Positions 1-12,782 of a DNA stretch of 64,000 nt are shown in pieces. Source of the stretch: Eledone cirrhosa (lineage: Eukaryota); contig OZ024743.1 in assembly GCA_964016885.1 (NCBI GenBank), positions 51,584,001 to 51,648,000 of the forward strand, read 5' to 3'. The position numbers were made by a program, and so were the translations under genes. The notes below the pieces were generated by a model. It saw only the letters and a program-made list of their open reading frames with translations, was not told where the DNA came from and did no database searches. How positions within the stretch are numbered: position 1 is the stretch's first letter; each line of letters starts with the position of its first letter.

Positions 1-224
1 ATATATATATATATATACACACACACATATGTATATATATCATCATCATAGTTTAACATCCACCCTTTGCTTCTGCTGGAATCTGCTAGATGGTGCTATG
101 TCATCAGTTTACAAATTCATAGTTGAAAGCTTTCAAAATGTTTATTCGTAAACATACTGTATATCACTAGATATACAAAATACTCATTCTTATATGTATA
201 CAGCTATGTTAGAGTGAACACCTT

Positions 225-603
225 AATTGTAAAGTGGTTGTGTAGGTGACCTGACAAAAAGCACCCAGCACTCGCTGTAAATGAGGTTGGCATTAGGAAG
301 GGCATCCAGCTGTAGAAACCAAACCAAAATCAGTTCTGTATGAGCAAGACTTGGTCACCTGACCTAGCATTGCACACAACAGGACAACTTGTCTAACCCA
401 TGCTAGCGTGGAGAAATGGATGTTAAACGGTGATGATGACGATATATATATATGTGTGTGTTTGTATAAAACCAGCCAGAAACACTCCTATATGTGCGAG
501 ACACAGTCACCCGACCCAACTTGCCTCTAAATGGGACCCGTCTAACCCATGCTAGTTTGGAAGATTGACGTTAATCGATGATGATGATGATGATGATGAT
601 GAT
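225..603 (+). mobile_element. Two tandem RTE/SINE 3'-UTR fragments ending in (GAT)n
   Basis: Contain the shared 3' motifs 'aaaagcacccagca...ttaggaagggcatccagctgtagaaa' and 'ctaacccatgctag...cgttaa.cgatgatgat'. Confidence 0.7.
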
Positions 604-624
604 TATATATATATATGTGTATAT

Positions 625-3600
625 CATAGAAAAAAGAGAATCAGTGTTGCGAAGAAAGGAATTTATTGGACATATTACAATTGTTTCTCGGGCGACCAGC
701 TCAAGGCATGATCGATATGGTGATCAAACCTGACTCTGAAATCGAGCGGTCCTCGGATACGTCTATATATGTATACGTCTATATATGTATATGCCTCTTT
801 GTTTCGGCCGCGGATGGCTAACATAACCCCATCTCCCCCCGCTCCCCACCTTTCCAACCCCCCAAACGCAATCCAAAACTTCAGATTTGGTACCTTGAAT
901 GTAGGCACCTTAAAGGGTCGCTCTAACGAGGTTGTAGAAATGCTTGAACGTAAGGAGGTCGATGTTTGTTGTATTCAAGAGACCAGGTGGAGGGGTGGAT
1001 CTGCTAGATACATTGTGGGTAGAAAACGATGCTATAAGCTTTTCTGGGTGGGAAACGACAATGGGCTGGGTGGAGTAGGAATCATGGTAGCAGAAAAGTG
1101 GGCAGATAAGATAATAGACGTAAATAGAGTGAACGACAGAATAATTAAAATAAGACTTGTCCTCAATAGAACTACGGTGACAGTAATATCCGCGTACGCA
1201 CCCCAATCCGGACTGCCCAGCACTATAAAAGACAGATTCTATGAGACACTGATGCTCACTACCTCCCAAATAACCGACAGTGACTATATAATTATTGCAG
1301 GCGACCTAAACGGTCACGTTGGACAACATTGTGACGGCTACTACGAAATCCATGGAGGCTATGGGTTTGGTACTAGAAATGAGGAAGGCTCCAGAATCCT
1401 GGAATTCTGCGACGCAAATAACCTAACTATCTGCAACACTAACTTCAAAAAACGAGACAATCACTTGATCACCTACAGATCAGGGGAACATACTAGCCAG
1501 GTAGATTATATCCTTACCAGAAGACGTGACAATGTGACTGTCGTAAACACTAAATCCCTCCCCCATGAAGAATGCACTTCCCAACATAGACTGATAATTA
1601 GCGACCTAATAGTCAGGACGAGACGTACTAGACAACAGAAGAGGACTATCCTCAGGAGAAAAATATGGAAGCTAAAGGACCCCACAGCCAAAAATAAATT
1701 CCAAAGCATATTACTTGATGCTTTCGACAGTGAGGAAGAGAAATTAGAGACGTACAAGGTAGAGGAACAGTGGGAATTCCTGAAAGCAAACCTGCTGACG
1801 GCGGCAGACGAAGTCTGTAGCTGGAGCAGGCCTGTAGGCAGGAGGAGAGTAACATGGTGGTGGAACAGTAAGGTGGAGGGGTCAATTAAGGCCAAAAAGC
1901 AGGCTTGGAAAGTATGGCGGGATGGGGGAAGCAGAGAAGACTATCAAGTGGCCAGGAGGGAAGCTAGGAGACAAGTGTACTTCGCAAGAAGGGAAGCAGA
2001 GGAAAGAAAGTTCAAGCATGTTCTACAACGTGAGGACCAAAAACGTGAGGTGTTCAGGATTGCTAGGCAATGTGTCAAGGAAAACAGTGATATTGTCGGG
2101 GAGAAGTGTGTACTTAACGATGACGGTGTACTTGCCATCACCGACGCCGATAAGAAGGTAGCTTGGAAGTGTCACTATGAAAGGCTACTAAATGAGGAGA
2201 ATAAATGGGAGAAAGACAGTCTCCCCCACATCGACCCAATAGAGGGACCAGCAGTGTTAGTCGAGGGTAGTATAATAAGTAAGGCAATCAAAGATATGAA
2301 GACAGGCAAGGCGGCTGGGCCTTCGGAAATAGTTGCCGAGATGCTGAAGGCATCTGGTACGGTGGGACACAAGTAATAGCGCAACTAATCAGAGAGCGAA
2401 TTGATCTAGATGAAATGCAGTTCGGATTTGTGTCAGGAAAAAGTACCACAGACGCTCTTTTCATTGTACGACAACTACAGGAGAAGTACCTAGCTAAAAG
2501 TAAACCCCTATACTTAGCTTTCGTCGACTTGGAGAAGGCCTTCGACAGAGTCCCCCGTTCCATTATCTGGTGGGCTCTTAGAAAACTAGGTGTTGATGAA
2601 TCGCTTGTGAGAGCTATACAAGCCATGTATAAAGAAACAGTCAGCAAGGTTAGAATTAACAACGAATATAGTGAAGAGTTTAGTATAAAAGTTGGTGTTC
2701 ATCAGGGCTCTGTTCTTAGCCCCCTACTATTTATTATTGCCCTCCAGGCTATAACAGTGGAGTTCAAGACCGGCTGCCCATGGGAACTCCTATACGCAGA
2801 TGATCTAACGCTCATAGCTGAATCAATGGCCGAGCTAGAGAAGAAATTCCAAACATGGAAGCACGGCCTAGAATCAAAAGGCCTTAAAATTAACCTGGCT
2901 AAGACTAAAGTTCTAGTTTGTAAGAAAGAAAATAAGGCGGCGGTCCCCTCCGGGAAGTGGCCATGCGCAGAGTGTAGGAAAGGCGTAGGTAGAAATTCCA
3001 TTTTGTCTCCCAAATGCAAAGTTTGGGTGCATAAAAGATGTAGTGGGATCACAGGTAAGCTAACTAAGAACATAGATTTTACATGTGGCCGGTGTTCTGG
3101 GGCAATAAGTAGCAGCAAGTGCCCACAAAATACTAGCTCTTTCAACTGCGCAGAGGGTTCTATAGAAATAGTGGACAGCTTCCGTTACCTGGGTGACAAA
3201 ATCAGCAGTGGGGGAGGGTGCTCTGAAAGTACAGTAGCTAGAGTCAGAACTGGGTGGAAAAAGTTCAGAGAGCTTATACCACTATTAGCCGCTAAAGGGT
3301 TCTCCCTAAAAATGAAAGGCAGGCTGTACGATGCCTGCATACGAACAGCAATGTTGCATGGCAGTGAGACCTGGGCATTGTGTGCAGAGGATATACGCAG
3401 ACTAGAGAGAAACGAAGCTTGCATGCTCCGCTGGATGTGTAATAGTAATATACGTGAACGACAAAGCATAAACGAACTAAGGAAAAAATTAGAAATAAGA
3501 GGGATCAGATGTTGTTTACTAGAGAGAAGGCTACGTTGGTATGGTCACGTGATGCGCATGAAGGACGATAGCTGTATAACAAAGTGCAGGGCAATAAAGA

Positions 3601-4137
3601 TAGACGGTAGCCACGGAATAGGCAGACCCAGAAAAACCTGGGACGAGCTGATAAACTCCGACCTCACACACTTACACCTCACCAAGACAATGTCACTGGA
3701 CCGAGACCTTTGGCGGTACTCAGTAATAGAGAAGACCCGCCTTACCTAAATACAAAGTAAAACCTACTACAGTCAGTAGGCATCTCTAACAAAATACACC
3801 CCCGTCCCACCACCCCCACCCCATCCACACCGCCCCCTTCTATGTAAAGTTATGTTGGTGCCACACCATCCAGGCCGAAACAAATGAGATCGTGTAGGTG
3901 TCACGACAAAAAAACACACAGTCCACGCTGTAATGCGGCCGTGTAGGCAACACGGTAAAAACCTCCCAGACCCACACTGTAAATGTGGTTGGTGTTAGGA
4001 AGGGCATCCAACTGTAGAAAACCTGCCAGACAGTCCTATGCGAGCAAGACAATCACTCTTGCCTCAAGTGGGAAAACCCCCGTCCAAACCCATGCAAGCG
4101 TGGAACACGGACGTTAAACGTTGATGATGATGATGAT
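625..4137 (+). mobile_element. Near full-length RTE-clade LINE (APE + RT with internal PHD-like finger), inactivated by internal deletion
   Basis: APE motifs TLNVGTL, IQETRW, GDLNGHVG, VDYIL. RT motifs QFGF, FVDLEKAFDRV, GVHQGSVLSP, YADD, FRYLG. RTE C-terminus RLRWYGHVMR...GRPRKTW, 3' UTR and (GAT)n tail. A ~166 bp deletion at ~2370 relative to the 12.8 kb copy splits the ORF into 769-2376 and 2415-3749. Confidence 0.95.
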
Positions 4138-4346
4138 ATGTGATTATAGCGTAGTACTTCACTATTTTGTTTGGCAAGATGATATAAGCTCAATGCATCT
4201 TACCATCGTCAGTCTCTCTGGAGTAAAAACTGGATGATTAAGATATCGGTAGTTAAAATATCCCCTTGTTAAGGGTAGTTCAGGTAGCAGAGCATTTAAA
4301 ATTGAAAATAAGAAAGTCAAGGATATGAAATTATCATTTATTCATA

Positions 4347-4466
4347 TATTTCTACACGCGTTTCAATACAGCCAAAATATCACATCCATTTGCAGAACAA
4401 CTGGAGATTATTAGTTAATATCTCCATCTTGGGTGCTTTATCCCAACCATATCTCTTCAGGAAAAA
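4347..4466 (-). ncRNA. Putative type I hammerhead ribozyme (Penelope-like pLTR type) with a long, branched stem II
   Basis: Minus strand reads tttttc-CTGAAGA-gatatggtt...ggctgtatt-GAAA-C-gcgt-GTA-gaaata. Both core boxes are present, with a minimal stem III, stem I and II pairing and a downstream AATAAA. Confidence 0.6.
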
Positions 4467-4671
4467 TTATTCAGAACAAAAAATAATAAAATAAGTACCA
4501 ACAATAAGACAATATTAAGATAGCGAAAAAGTGAAAATGCATACAACATTTAAGCAAGAAATGAGATTCAAGTGCATGTTAAGCAGATGTTTTTATAAAA
4601 AAACATGGAAGGTTATAAGTTTACTTCTGTTTTGTTCAAGAAAATTTGTTAGATTGCTGCGAATAGGTTAA

Positions 4672-4893
4672 CCCTTTAGCATTTACATTACTCTATATAT
4701 ATACTGTTATATTTTCGTGGTAAAGGCTTTATCTCACATAATATCTCACACAATATTGAATGTATAAGATTTTGATATTATTTATTTTGAGAACAATCCC
4801 TTAACATCAGTATGAGTGGCTAGTTACAGCCAGTTTGAACAGAAAGAGGTGAGAGAAGTCTCGCCGGATATGGCTGTTTTGAACATTAAAGGG
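4672..4893. mobile_element. piggyBac-type MITE, copy 1
   Basis: TTAA|CCCTTTAGCATTT ... AACATTAAAGGG|TTAA, i.e. a TTAA TSD and CCC..GGG termini. Internally homologous to 6079-6294. Confidence 0.8.
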
Positions 4894-5125
4894 TTAATAC
4901 AGAATGTTGTTAATATTTTTCTTTATAAAGTTAAGATGGTTTCTTTATTTAGTTATAAAAAAAGACTTTGAAAAGCGTTTGGCAGTTATATTTCGTTAGT
5001 TAGCATTGTATGTATATATATTTTTCCTATACTTACATACAATGCTAACTAATGAAATATCGTAAATACAAAATTTGTTATTGTTGATGATGATGATGAT
5101 GTATATGGCTGTTATTCCATTGCAG

Positions 5126-5259
5126 ACAATGGCCTAGATGACGTAGTCTACACTGTCCTCAGACTCAGTGAAAACAAACGGCAATGTCCGGAGGTTTATG
5201 ATTCACAAAACTGGGAGGACATTTGTTCGTTTTTAGTCTGTGATCTGGCCACAGATAAG
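5126..5259 (+). CDS. Exon A of a multi-C2-domain host gene (extended-synaptotagmin/tricalbin/MCTP-like); internal exon
   Basis: ttgcag acceptor and AAG|gtgagt donor. Open frame NGLDDVVYTVLRLSENKRQCPEVYDSQNWEDICSFLVCDLATDK resembles C2 strands (W..F.F.V.D). It ends in phase 0, matching the next exon. Confidence 0.75.
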
Positions 5260-6017
5260 GTGAGTTTCCTCTTATTGCATACAACACTACACCAATATCA
5301 TTACACCACCATCATCACCTCTACTGCACTGCTATCACTACTGCCACCACAATCACCACTATCATTACTATACTGGTACCACTACACCACCACCATTACT
5401 ATACTGTTACCACTATTACTATATTTGTACCACTATGCCATCATTGCTACTGGACTAACACTCCACTACCACCACATACCAACATTTAAATATTTAGTGA
5501 TGACCTCTAAAACTACTTCTGATTTTGTGTTTCCTAGGTTTTGGAGTTGCCTCATTGATGCCCCCCCCCTCCACCACCCTCTCCCCATCTGTCACCCCTC
5601 CCCCTCTCTCTATATATATCCCCCAAACCGCCTCACGTGAGATATACCTCTTCTGCTCAACCTATGCATACAAACATGAAAAGCTGGACACCCTCCACAT
5701 CTGATTGCCTACAATGCTGCTGCCACAACAAAAAAATTCTCAGTCCACAGTGTAACATGGCTGGCATTAGAAACCAAGCCAAAATATAGATCCTTATGAC
5801 CAAGACGTAGTCACCTGATCTGATTTATCTCATAATGTGACATGTCTAACTCATGCAAGCATGGAAAAGATATTAAACAATGATGATGATATAATACACA
5901 CACGCACGCACGCATGCGCATGCATAAAAACACTGGAGTGGTAGTGCTGTTTATCTTCAGAACATTACAGCCCATCTAACCCATGCAAGCATAGAAATGA
6001 AATGTAAAAGGGTGATG

Positions 6018-6050
<33 letters not shown>

Positions 6051-6078
6051 TGATGACTTCGATACGAAGATACATTAA

Positions 6079-6294
6079 CCCTTGAGCATTTACATTAATC
6101 CATATATATACTATTGTATTTTCGCGGTATAGGCTTTACTTCACATAATTATCTCATATAATATTGAATCTATGAGATTTTGATATTATTTATTTTGAGA
6201 ACAATAGTTGGTATGAGGGGCCAATTATTGCCGATTTGGACAGAAAGAGGTGAACGAAATCTGGCCGGATATGGCCGGTTTAAATGCTAAAGGG
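6079..6294. mobile_element. piggyBac-type MITE, copy 2
   Basis: TTAA|CCCTTGAGCATTT ... AAATGCTAAAGGG|TTAA. Confidence 0.8.
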
Positions 6295-6399
6295 TTAAAT
6301 TAAAGGTTGGGTCCACTCTATCCTCCCAGTGTGCATGGGTGTCGGTGTCTGGTCTGGCTGATCTGAGATCAGCAATCCGCCCACAGCGACAGCAAGGAA

Positions 6400-6718
6400 A
6401 TGCCTTTGTTTTGTTTTGTTCCATCCTGATCCCAGCCCTTCCACCAAGCTCTCTTCTCCATCACAGTTTACCTTGAATGTGCTAGTAGCCTGCTGGATGG
6501 TGCAGCACCAAGCATTGTGGTCAGCAGCCAGGCAGGTCAATTGCTGGGGGCTGGTGTTACATGTTTTCATGGTCTTTTGTAACATGTCTTTATACCTCTT
6601 CTTGAGCACACTGCTGTTTCGACCGCCAGAAGGCAATTCTCCGTAGAGCACAATCTTTGGCAGGCAATGGTCTGTCATTCTGGAGATATGCCCTACCCAG
6701 CACGGCAGTGTCTTAATT
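6400..6718 (-). mobile_element. Old RTE (BovB-like) LINE 3' fragment
   Basis: Translation MTDHCLPKIVLYGELPSGGR...KKRYKDML matches the RTE/BovB C-terminal motif 'R.PK..LYGEL..G.R..G...KRYKD'. Confidence 0.7.
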
Positions 6719-6759
6719 AGTATATATATATATATACTGTCTATGTATAATCTGTCCGT

Positions 6760-7123
6760 TTCTCTCTCAATTCTCTCTCTCTCTCTCTCTCTCTCACCTC
6801 CCTCAGACCATGTCCCTCTCTCTCTATTACCTCTCTCAGACCATGTCCCTCTCTCTCTCTATTACCTCTCTCAGACCATGTCTCTCTCTCTCTCTCTCTA
6901 TTACCTCTCTCAGACCATGTCCCTCTCTCTCTCTCTATTACCTCTCTCAGACCATGTCCCTCCCTCTCTCTCTCTCTCTATTACCTCTCTCAGACCATAT
7001 CCCTCCCTCTCTCTCTCTCTCTATTACCTCTCTCAGACCATATCCCTCCCTCTCTCTCTATTACCTCTCTCAGACCATGTCCTCCCCCTCTCTCTCTCTC
7101 TATTACCTCTCTCAGACCATGTC

Positions 7124-7182
<59 letters not shown>
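6760..7182. repeat. CT-rich minisatellite (ctattacctctctcagaccatgtcc + variable (CT)n), about 10 copies
   Basis: Directly visible tandem units ending in a pure (CT)n run just upstream of exon B. Confidence 0.9.
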
Positions 7183-7185
<3 letters not shown>

Positions 7186-7239
7186 CTCGTCCCTGTCTCT
7201 CTCATTGTTTTTCTGATTCTGTATGTTTTCCACTTGCAG

Positions 7240-7337
7240 CTCCACATGAAATACAAATGTAAACGCCTGTTAACTAGTGTGACCCTTGAAGAACATGAAC
7301 TACAGTTATCCCAGTACCCATTCCAGATAAAGGGAGA
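7240..7337 (+). CDS. Exon B of multi-C2-domain host gene
   Basis: Polypyrimidine tract plus cttgcag acceptor, GA|gtaagt donor. Reads LHMKYKCKRLLTSVTLEEHELQLSQYPFQIKG. Phase 0 in, phase 2 out, compatible with both neighbours. Confidence 0.75.
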
Positions 7338-7597
7338 GTAAGTTGGTATTGAACACCATTACATCACACACAGACACCACACAATACCAAACCACACCAC
7401 ACACAATACCAAACCACACCACATTACATATGCCATACCAAACCACACACATTATACCACATGCACCACACATGCTGACTGTGTGTGGTGCAGTGTGGTG
7501 TGCTATTTTGATTAAAGTGTTTCTTCACTCCATATTGAGGCTGTGATTCTCTACTCCATTATTTCCCAAGGCTGTAAGTGGGACTTTTGAATGAGGT

Positions 7598-9220
7598 GTA
7601 TATACCATACTATATACCACACTATATACCATACTATATACCACACTATATACCATACTATATACCACACTATATACCATGCTATATAACATACTATATA
7701 CCACACTATATACCATAATATATACCATACTATACTATATACCACACTATATACCACATTATATACCATACTATATACCATACTATATACTATACTATAT
7801 ACCATACTATATACTATACTATATACCATACTATATACAATACTATATACCACACTATATACCATACTATATACTACACTATATACCATGCTATATAACA
7901 TACTATATACCACACTATATACCATAATATATACCATACTATACTATATACCACACTATATACCACATTATATACCATACTATATACCATACTATATACT
8001 ATACTATATACCATACTATATACTATACTATATACCACACTATATACAATACTATATACCATACTTATACCACACTATATACAATACTATATACCACACT
8101 ATATACCACACTATATACTATATACCATACTATATACCACACTATATACCACACTATATACCATACTATATACTACACTATATACCATGCTATATAACAT
8201 ACTATATACCACACTATATACCATAATATATACCATACTATACTATATACCACACTATATACCACATTATATACCATACTATATACCATACTATATACTA
8301 TACTATATACCATACTATATACTATACTATATACCACACTATATACAATACTATATACCATACTTATACCACACTATATACAATACTATATACCACACTA
8401 TATACCACACTATATACTATATACCATACTATATACCACACTGTATACCATTCTATATACCATACTATATGCCACACTATATGCCACACTATATACAATA
8501 CTATATACCATACTAAGTACCACGCTATATATCACACTATATACCATACTATATACCACACTGTATACCATACTATATACCATGCTATATACCACACTAT
8601 ATACTATACTATATAGCATACTATATACCACACTATATACCATACTATATACCACACTATATACCACACTATATACAATACTATATACCACACTATATAC
8701 CACACTATATACCACATACTATATACCATACTATATACCACACTATATACAATATTATATACCACACTATATACCACATACTATATACCACACTATATAC
8801 CACATACTATATACCACACTATATACCATACTATATACCACACTATATACCACACTATATACCACACTATATACAATACTATATACCACACTATATACAA
8901 TACTATATACCACACTATATACCACACTATATCATACTATATACCACACTATGTACCATACTGTATACCACACTATATACCATGTTATATACCACACTAT
9001 ATACCATGTTATATACTATACTATGTACCACACTATATACCATGTTATATACCACACTATATACCATGTTATATACCGCACTATATACCATGTTATATAC
9101 CACACTATATACCATGTTGTATACCACACTATATACCATGTTATATACCACACTATATGCCACGCTATATACCACACTATATACCATGTTATATACCACA
9201 CTATATACCATGTTATATAC
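7598..9220. repeat. 12-bp minisatellite (ATACCAYACTAT) with higher-order blocks
   Basis: Visible 12-bp periodicity. The variant block 'ccatgctatataaca' recurs at ~7679, 7888 and 8187. Confidence 0.95.
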
Positions 9221-9299
9221 TTTGTCCAATCATGGAATGGTGCAGGTTTTTTTTGCTTATTTTTTGAAAATCAGAGTTGGAGTTGAGATAAAAGGGTTG

Positions 9300-9635
9300 A
9301 AACACACAACACAACACAACACAACACACACCATACACACACACAACACAACACACACCACACACACCACACACACCACACAACACAACGCAACACACAC
9401 CATACACACACACAACACAACACACACCACACACACCACACAACACACACACAGCACAACGTAACACACACACACATCACACACACACAACACACACACA
9501 CACACAACACACACAACACACACACACACACAACGCAACACACCATACACACACAACAACACACACAACACAACAACACTCACACAACACAACGTAACAC
9601 ACATATCACACACACACAACACGCAACACACACAC
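9300..9635. repeat. Degenerate (CA)n/(CACAA)n microsatellite
   Basis: Directly visible, ending ~30 nt before the exon C acceptor. Confidence 0.9.
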
Positions 9636-9668
9636 GTGATATTCTGTTTTTTCTTTCTTCTCCAACAG

Positions 9669-9787
9669 AGTAGATACCATTCTTGAAAACAAAGATGGCA
9701 GCAAGTTATATCTGTCTCTGCAGTACACCCCTCTCACACCTGTTAAACTAGAGACTAACATGAAAGAAGAACATTCTATAAAAGATG
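9669..9787 (+). CDS. Exon C of multi-C2-domain host gene (end of first C2 plus linker)
   Basis: Strong pyrimidine tract plus caacag acceptor, G|gtaag donor. Reads (E)VDTILENKDGSKLYLSLQYTPLTPVKLETNMKEEHSIKD. The split codon GA+A joins exon B and G+TG joins exon D. Confidence 0.8.
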
Positions 9788-11355
9788 GTAAGAATTCTGT
9801 TTTTTTTTCTATTTCTGTATCTTTATCTGTTGATGTTGGTCAGTTTAGCAAAGATGTTACAGCATTGAGTATTTCTCTTTGCATTCTAAGTTCAAAGCCC
9901 ATTGAGGTCCACTTTGCCATTCATCCTTTTGGAGTCAATAAAATACCAGGCCAGTGCTGGTGCAGCCCTTTCCAGCTGTCACAGTGTGAATGTTCCACTA
10001 CAGGGAGAGTTGAGAGGATGTCTGTGTTTCATCCTGATTGCATAACTACCTAGAGCTCTTTGAGAAAGCATGGTACAGACTACCAAGTCGTAGTCCATTG
10101 CAAGTGATGGATGTAAAATGTTGACATGGTGATTGATGTGTTGTGGCTGTGGTATTGTGTTGTTGATGTGTGATGTTCTTGGATCAGACATGAAAATAAC
10201 TTCCATTATAATTTTATGTAACACCAACTTAATATTGAGAAAATCAGTTATATCACTAAATCTCTACATTTTTATGAATATTTTCAATGTTAATTGAAAA
10301 TCATGAGAAATATCGTAGTGAAAGGGTTAAATAAAAACACACACATAATGTAAGCTAAACAATATAATGAGATTTATTTTCATTATGTTTCTGAATTTAT
10401 TTAAATATTTTCCATTTGACATGTCATGTTTATTCATATTTATTTTTATAACAATGTCGATGTAGATCGAAGAGGAGTGGTATAGGGTAGTGTAGTGTTA
10501 ACATAAGGTAGGAATGGGGGGACAAATAGATAATAAATATATTAATATATAGAAGCTCACCTCAGGACTTGCGTCACACCTTGTGGGTGTATGCGGGAAT
10601 ATGTGAGAGAGTGAAGGGGTGGGTGAATAGCGTTACCTTTTCTAGAATAATTAGTCATTGTATTAATTTCATCATCATTATCATTTAACATGTTTTCCCT
10701 GCTAGCAAGCATTGAATAGGTTGTCACAGGCCAAACTGCTACTGACTGCTCAGTTGGGTGGGAGATGCATCTTGATTACACGTTTCCACACTCTGAGTGC
10801 TCAGATGGGCAAAGGACCCATATCTTGCTTATGTTCCCATGTGCATTTTATTATGGAACTAGAGAGGTTGTCATGTCTTTGTCACAGCTAAAGAGTCCTT
10901 TCAAGCCTTTGTTTTGGCAAATGTTTTTATGGCTGATGCCCTTCCTACCACCAACCACATTACAGAGTGTACTAGGTGTGTTCATTGTAGCACCTACAAT
11001 AGGGAGATTGTCATATCTTTGACACAGCTGAAGATGCCTCCCAACCCTTCATTTGGTTGGTTTTCTAAGCCTGGATGTTAAAATATGTGGTGGAAAGGTT
11101 GCCAGAGTGACACATATTATGTGATCAATACAATAGTTGACATAGAGACAAATGTTATGTAACAAATATTTAGGACAGTGTTTATTTTCTAGAAAGATCT
11201 TTGACACTAATTGGAGATCAATGAAAATATACACAATGCAGCTGGTACAGAAATTTATTAAAACTTTGTGGCTGTGAATATATATAAATATATGTATTTG
11301 TTTGTATACATAGATTCATACATACATACATACATAATATATTTATATGTGGAGC

Positions 11356-11366
<11 letters not shown>

Positions 11367-11402
<36 letters not shown>

Positions 11403-11443
11403 ATAATTATATATATATATATAATTATATATATATATATATA

Positions 11444-11488
<45 letters not shown>

Positions 11489-12061
11489 ATAATTATATAT
11501 ATATATATAATTATATATATATATATATATATATAATTATATATATATATATATATATAATTATATATATATATATATAATTATATATATATATATATAA
11601 TTATATATATATATATATATATATAATTATATATATATATATATAATTATATATATATATATAATTATATATATATATATATAATTATATATATATATAT
11701 AATTATATATATATATATAATTATATATATATATATAATTATATATATATATATAATTATATATATATATATAATTATATATATATATATATATATATAT
11801 AATTATATATATATATATATAATTATATATATATATATAATTATATATATATATATATAATTATATATATATATATAATTATATATATATATATAATTAT
11901 ATATATATATATAATTATATATATATATATAATTATATATATGTATATAATTATATATATATATATAATTATATATATATATATATATAATTATATATAT
12001 ATATATAATTATATATATATATATATATATAATTATATATATATATATATAATTATATATA

Positions 12062-12111
<50 letters not shown>

Positions 12112-12782
12112 TATATATATATATATATATATATAATTATATATATATATATATATAATTATAATTATATATATATATAATTATAATTATATATATATAT
12201 AATTATATATATATATATATATAATTATATATATATATATAATTATATATATATATATATAATTATATATATAATTATATATATATATATATATAATTAT
12301 ATATATATATATATATATATATAATTATATATATATATATATAATTATATATATATATATATAATTATATATATATATATATAATTATATATATATATAT
12401 AATTATATATATATATATATAATTATATATATATATATATAATTATATATATATATATATAATTATATATATATATATATAATTATATATATATATATAT
12501 AATTATATATATATATATAATTATATATATATATATATAATTATATATATATATATATAATTATATATATATATATATAATTATATATATATATATATAA
12601 TTATATATATATATATATAATTATATATATATATATATAATTATATATATATATAATTATATATATATATATATAATTATATATATATATATATATAATT
12701 ATATATATATATATATATAATTATATATATATATATAATTATACATATATATATATATATATAATTATATATATATTTATAT
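11367..12782. repeat. Giant interrupted (TA)n array, unit (TA)n-ATTA
   Basis: ~1.4 kb of almost pure A/T with a recurrent 'taatta' phase shift. Confidence 0.95.

Noticed and set aside
769-3749. Two-ORF or programmed-frameshift LINE organisation
   Set aside because: The break is explained by a ~166 bp deletion relative to other copies, where the region is one reading frame.
7525-9631. Long Tyr/Ile/Val/Cys-rich ORFs
   Set aside because: Translations of 12-bp and CA repeats, not genes.
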